Below, piece by piece: positions 9,701-11,329 of a DNA stretch of 11,329 nucleotides. Source of the stretch: a virus (lineage: Duplodnaviria; Heunggongvirae; Uroviricota; Caudoviricetes); the IMG/VR virus record IMGVR_UViG_2648501466_000015; one strand, written 5' to 3'. Position 1 is the stretch's first letter. Each line of letters begins with the position of its first letter. Below the pieces are notes generated by a model that was not told the origin of the DNA, did not search any database, and saw nothing but the letters and a program-made list of their open reading frames with translations. Both the position numbers and the translations under genes were made by a program.

Positions 9701-10147
9701 GATTTGGGGACGAAAACCACATCGTCGTTTGATTACGGCACTAAATCCACGAATAACACTGGTGCGCATACCCATAGTTTAAGTGGCAGCACGAATGCAG
9801 CTGGTAATCACAGCCATAGAGATGGCCGTCGATTTAACCCCAGTGTTTTTAAAGATACTTATCAATATGGTTATACAAGCTCAGGTCAAAATACCTGGGG
9901 TGTACAAGGCTCAGTAGGTATGTCTACGGGGTGGTTAGCGAATACCAGTACAGATGGTAATCATAGCCATTCACTGTCCGGCACAGCAGCATCTGCAGGT
10001 GCACACGCGCATACTGTCGGTATTGGTGCTCATACGCACTCCGTTGCGATTGGTTCACATGGACACACCATCACCGTTAACGCTGCTGGTAACGCGGAAA
10101 ACACCGTCAAAAACATCGCATTTAACTATATTGTGAGGCTTGCATAA
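6749..10147 (+). CDS. stf: Side tail fibre protein Stf, ~1132 aa from ATG 6749 (an in-frame GTG at 6743 would add 2 codons)
   Basis: Long ORF. N-terminus [34 protein letters not shown] recognised as lambda Stf; long Ala/Ser/Thr-rich low-complexity shaft (~7090-8110); C-terminal region with seven H-x-H motifs (HTH, HSH, HAH, HGH) ending [19 protein letters not shown], as in lambda Stf and Rac StfR. Confidence 0.9.
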   Translation: MAVKISGVLKDGTGKPVQNCTIQLKAKRNSTTVVVNTLASENPDEAGRYSMDVEYGQYSVILLVEGFPPSHAGTITVYEDSRPGTLNDFLGAMTEDDARPEALRRFELMVEEVARNASAVAQNTAAAKKSASDASTSAREAATHATDAAGSARAASTSAGQAASSAQSASSSAGTASTKASEASKSAAAAESSKSAAATSAGAAKTSETNAAASQQSAATSASAATTKASEAATSARDAAASKEAAKSSETNASSSASSAASSATAAGNSAKAAKTSETNARSSETAAGQSASAAAGSKTAAASSASAASTSAGQASASATAAGKSAESAASSASTATTKAGEATEQASAAARSASAAKTSETNAKASETSAESSKTAAASSASSAASSASSASASKDEATRQASAAKGSATTASTKATEAAGSATAAAQSKSTAESAATRAETAAKRAEDIASAVALEDASTTKKGIVQLSSATNSTSETLAATPKAVKSAYDNAEKRLQKDQNGADIPDKGRFLNNINAVSKTDFADKRGMRYVRVNAPAGATSGKYYPVVVMRSAGSVSELASRVIITTATRTAGDPMNNCEFNGFVMPGGWTDRGRYAYGMFWQYQNNERAIHSIMMSNKGDDLRSVFYVDGAAFPVFAFIEDGLSISAPGADLVVNDTTYKFGATNPATECIAADVILDFKSGRGFYESHSLIVNDNLSCKKLFATDEIVARGGNQIRMIGGEYGALWRNDGAKTYLLLTNQGDVYGGWNTLRPFAIDNATGELVIGTKLSASLNGNALTATKLQTPRRVSGVEFDGSKDITLTAAHVAAFARRATDTYADADGGVPWNAESGAYNVTRSGDSYILVNFYTGVGSCRTLQMKAHYRNGGLFYRSSRDGYGFEDDWAEVYTSKNLPPESYPVGAPIPWPSDTVPSGYALMQGQTFDKSAYPKLAAAYPSGVIPDMRGWTIKGKPASGRAVLSQEQDGIKSHTHSASASSTDLGTKTTSSFDYGTKSTNNTGAHTHSLSGSTNAAGNHSHRDGRRFNPSVFKDTYQYGYTSSGQNTWGVQGSVGMSTGWLANTSTDGNHSHSLSGTAASAGAHAHTVGIGAHTHSVAIGSHGHTITVNAAGNAENTVKNIAFNYIVRLA
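7090..8110 (+). repeat. Imperfect tandem low-complexity coding repeats (Ala/Ser/Thr-rich, recurring KTSETNA / SSASSA units) inside stf
   Basis: Seen directly: recurring DNA units such as AAAACGTCAGAAACGAATGC (~7358), TCATCAGAAACGAACGC (~7490), AAGACGTCTGAGACAAACGC (~7573), AAGACATCCGAGACGAACGC (~7824). The GC-rich repeat biases codons so that long spurious ORFs open in other frames on both strands. Confidence 0.6.
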
Positions 10148-10722
10148 TGGCATTCAGAATGAGTGAACAACCACGGACCATAAAAATTTATAATCTGCTG
10201 GCCGGAACTAATGAATTTATTGGTGAAGGTGACGCATATATTCCGCCTCATACAGGTCTGCCAGCAAACAGTACCGATATTGCACCACCAGATATTCCTG
10301 CTGGCTTTGTGGCTGTTTTCAACAGTGATGAGGCATCGTGGCATCTCGTTGAAGATCATCGGGGTAAAACGGTTTATGACGTGGCTTCCGGCGACGCGTT
10401 ATTTATTTCTGAACTCGGTCCGTTACCGAAAAATGTTACCTGGTTATCGCCGGAAGGGGAGTTTCAGAAGTGGAACGGCACAGCCTGGGTGAAGGATACG
10501 GAAGCAGAAAAACTGTTCCGGATCCGGGAGGCGGAAGAAACAAAAAATAACCTGATGCAGGTAGCCAGTGAGCATATTGCGCCGCTTCAGGATGCTGCAG
10601 ATCTGGAAATTGCAACGGAGGAAGAAATCTCGTTGCTGGAAGCATGGAAAAAGTATCGGGTATTGCTGAACCGTGTTGATACGTCAACTGCACAGGATAT
10701 TGAATGGCCAGCACTGCCGTAG
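10147..10722 (+). CDS. tfa: Tail fibre assembly protein Tfa (fibre chaperone), 191 aa
   Basis: ORF 10147..10722, start overlapping stf stop (TAATG at 10145-10149). Protein [34 protein letters not shown]... recognised as lambda Tfa / TfaR-TfaQ family. Confidence 0.9.
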   Translation: MAFRMSEQPRTIKIYNLLAGTNEFIGEGDAYIPPHTGLPANSTDIAPPDIPAGFVAVFNSDEASWHLVEDHRGKTVYDVASGDALFISELGPLPKNVTWLSPEGEFQKWNGTAWVKDTEAEKLFRIREAEETKNNLMQVASEHIAPLQDAADLEIATEEEISLLEAWKKYRVLLNRVDTSTAQDIEWPALP

Positions 10723-10819
10723 GGTAAAACATATAAATTCTATAATTAGATGTATCTTTCCATTTACGGCAAGGAAGGGGGCTTGGAAGACGTAAAGCAT
10801 CTCACACCGAGATTATTTT

Positions 10820-11230
10820 TTATATGTCAGGTGTCTGAAGTTTTGCTTTGGCTCTTAAAATGGTTTGCCGCGAGGTTTTGAATTCCCGGGCAATGGCACT
10901 TATACTTACACCTGACTTAATTCGTTCGAATACCGCCTGTTTCTGTTCTTCATTTAACACAGGTGGTCGACCAAAACGTTTCCCTGCGCCGCGGGCTCTT
11001 ACTATCCCGGAATGAGTGCGTTCAAGTAAAAGGTCTCGTTCAAATTCAGCGACTGCTGAAATTACTTGCATCATCATTTTTCCTGTTGGACTGGTCAGGT
11101 CAATGCCCCCCAATGCTAAGCAATGCACTCTGATACCTGTTTCGGTCAGTTGTTCCACTGTTTTCCTGATATCCATTGCATTACAACCAAGGCGATCCAG
11201 TTTTGTCACAATCAATTGATCACCACATTT
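10820..11230 (-). pseudogene. pin: Serine-recombinase DNA invertase (Pin/Gin/Hin family), 5'-truncated: only the C-terminal ~136 codons remain; catalytic N-terminal domain absent
   Basis: Minus-strand frame reads (KCGDQ)[85 protein letters not shown]...KLQTPDI, recognised as the C-terminal two-thirds of PinR/PinQ-type invertases. The only start in the ORF track is a TTG at 11215; the frame closes with a stop at 11261-11263 and no frame upstream encodes the catalytic-serine motif. Confidence 0.8.
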
Positions 11231-11329
11231 TGATCCTACCCACGTAATATGGACACAGGCCTAAGCGAGGTTCTGGTTTTCAAATTGTTCCGGACTGAGG
11301 CCGCCACACCAACTGTGCCGCCGCCACCG
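11231..11329 (-). mobile_element. Terminal ~100 bp of an IS3-family insertion sequence (IS3-like right end), inserted into pin; element continues beyond the window
   Basis: Plus strand from 11231 reads TGATCCTACCCACGTAATATGGACACAGGCCTAAGCGAGGTTC..., which I recognise as the IS3 terminal inverted repeat (5'-TG terminus) and adjacent sequence. Recognition is from memory, not a database search. Confidence 0.75.
11261..11329 (-). CDS. IS3-family transposase OrfB, C-terminal 22 codons plus stop (3' partial fragment; rest outside window)
   Basis: Minus-strand frame reads RWRRHSWCGGLSPEQFENQNLA then stop (TAG, complement of 11261-11263), the conserved C-terminal tail of IS3-family OrfB transposases, ~30 nt from the element terminus. 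Confidence 0.65.
   Translation of the reverse strand, partial: RWRRHSWCGGLSPEQFENQNLA

Noticed and set aside
10723-10819. Possible invertase crossover (gix/hix-like) site or invertible tail-fibre segment next to pin
   Set aside because: No 26-bp-type inverted-repeat crossover site found in the tfa-pin gap; pin is convergent with tfa and its 5' side, where such a site would lie, is replaced by the IS. No alternative fibre C-terminus is encoded on the opposite strand.
10797-10820. Weak hairpin plus T-run (ATCTC-ACACC-GAGAT, then TATTTTTT) after tfa as a terminator
   Set aside because: Only a 5-bp stem; too weak to call confidently, although it sits where a convergent terminator would be expected.
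11231-11329. Right-end sequence as a possible tRNA or prophage attachment site
   Set aside because: No cloverleaf-compatible structure; the sequence instead matches the IS3-family terminal repeat and transposase C-terminus.
1-11329. CRISPR arrays, tRNA genes, toxin-antitoxin pairs or defence islands
   Set aside because: No direct-repeat/spacer periodicity, no tRNA-like structures, and no unassigned intergenic space larger than ~100 bp; every substantial ORF is accounted for by a known tail, lom, invertase or IS gene. I found nothing supporting a previously undescribed system in this window.

Overview
This window is the distal tail-tip and tail-fibre module of a lambdoid (lambda-like) enterobacterial prophage, read on the + strand: the 3' end of tape-measure gene H, then M, L, K, I, J (host-specificity/central tail fibre), a lom-like outer-membrane protein gene, stf (side tail fibre) and tfa (fibre assembly chaperone). 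A convergent serine-invertase gene (pin-like) follows on the - strand; it has lost its 5' catalytic end to what I recognise as the terminal ~100 bp of an IS3-family insertion sequence running off the window edge. Gene order, overlaps and most protein sequences match lambda closely (recognised from memory, not from a search). The stf-tfa-pin arrangement, including the 97-bp convergent gap, matches what I recall of the Rac/Qin cryptic prophages of E. coli K-12. I see no CRISPR array, tRNA, or candidate novel defence or other undescribed system; the window is almost entirely filled by well-known structural genes. The points worth a second look are the IS-disrupted invertase, the divergent C-terminal third of J, the N-terminally extended K reading frame, the lom-like gene bracketed by terminators, and the repeat-rich, histidine-motif-bearing side tail fibre.
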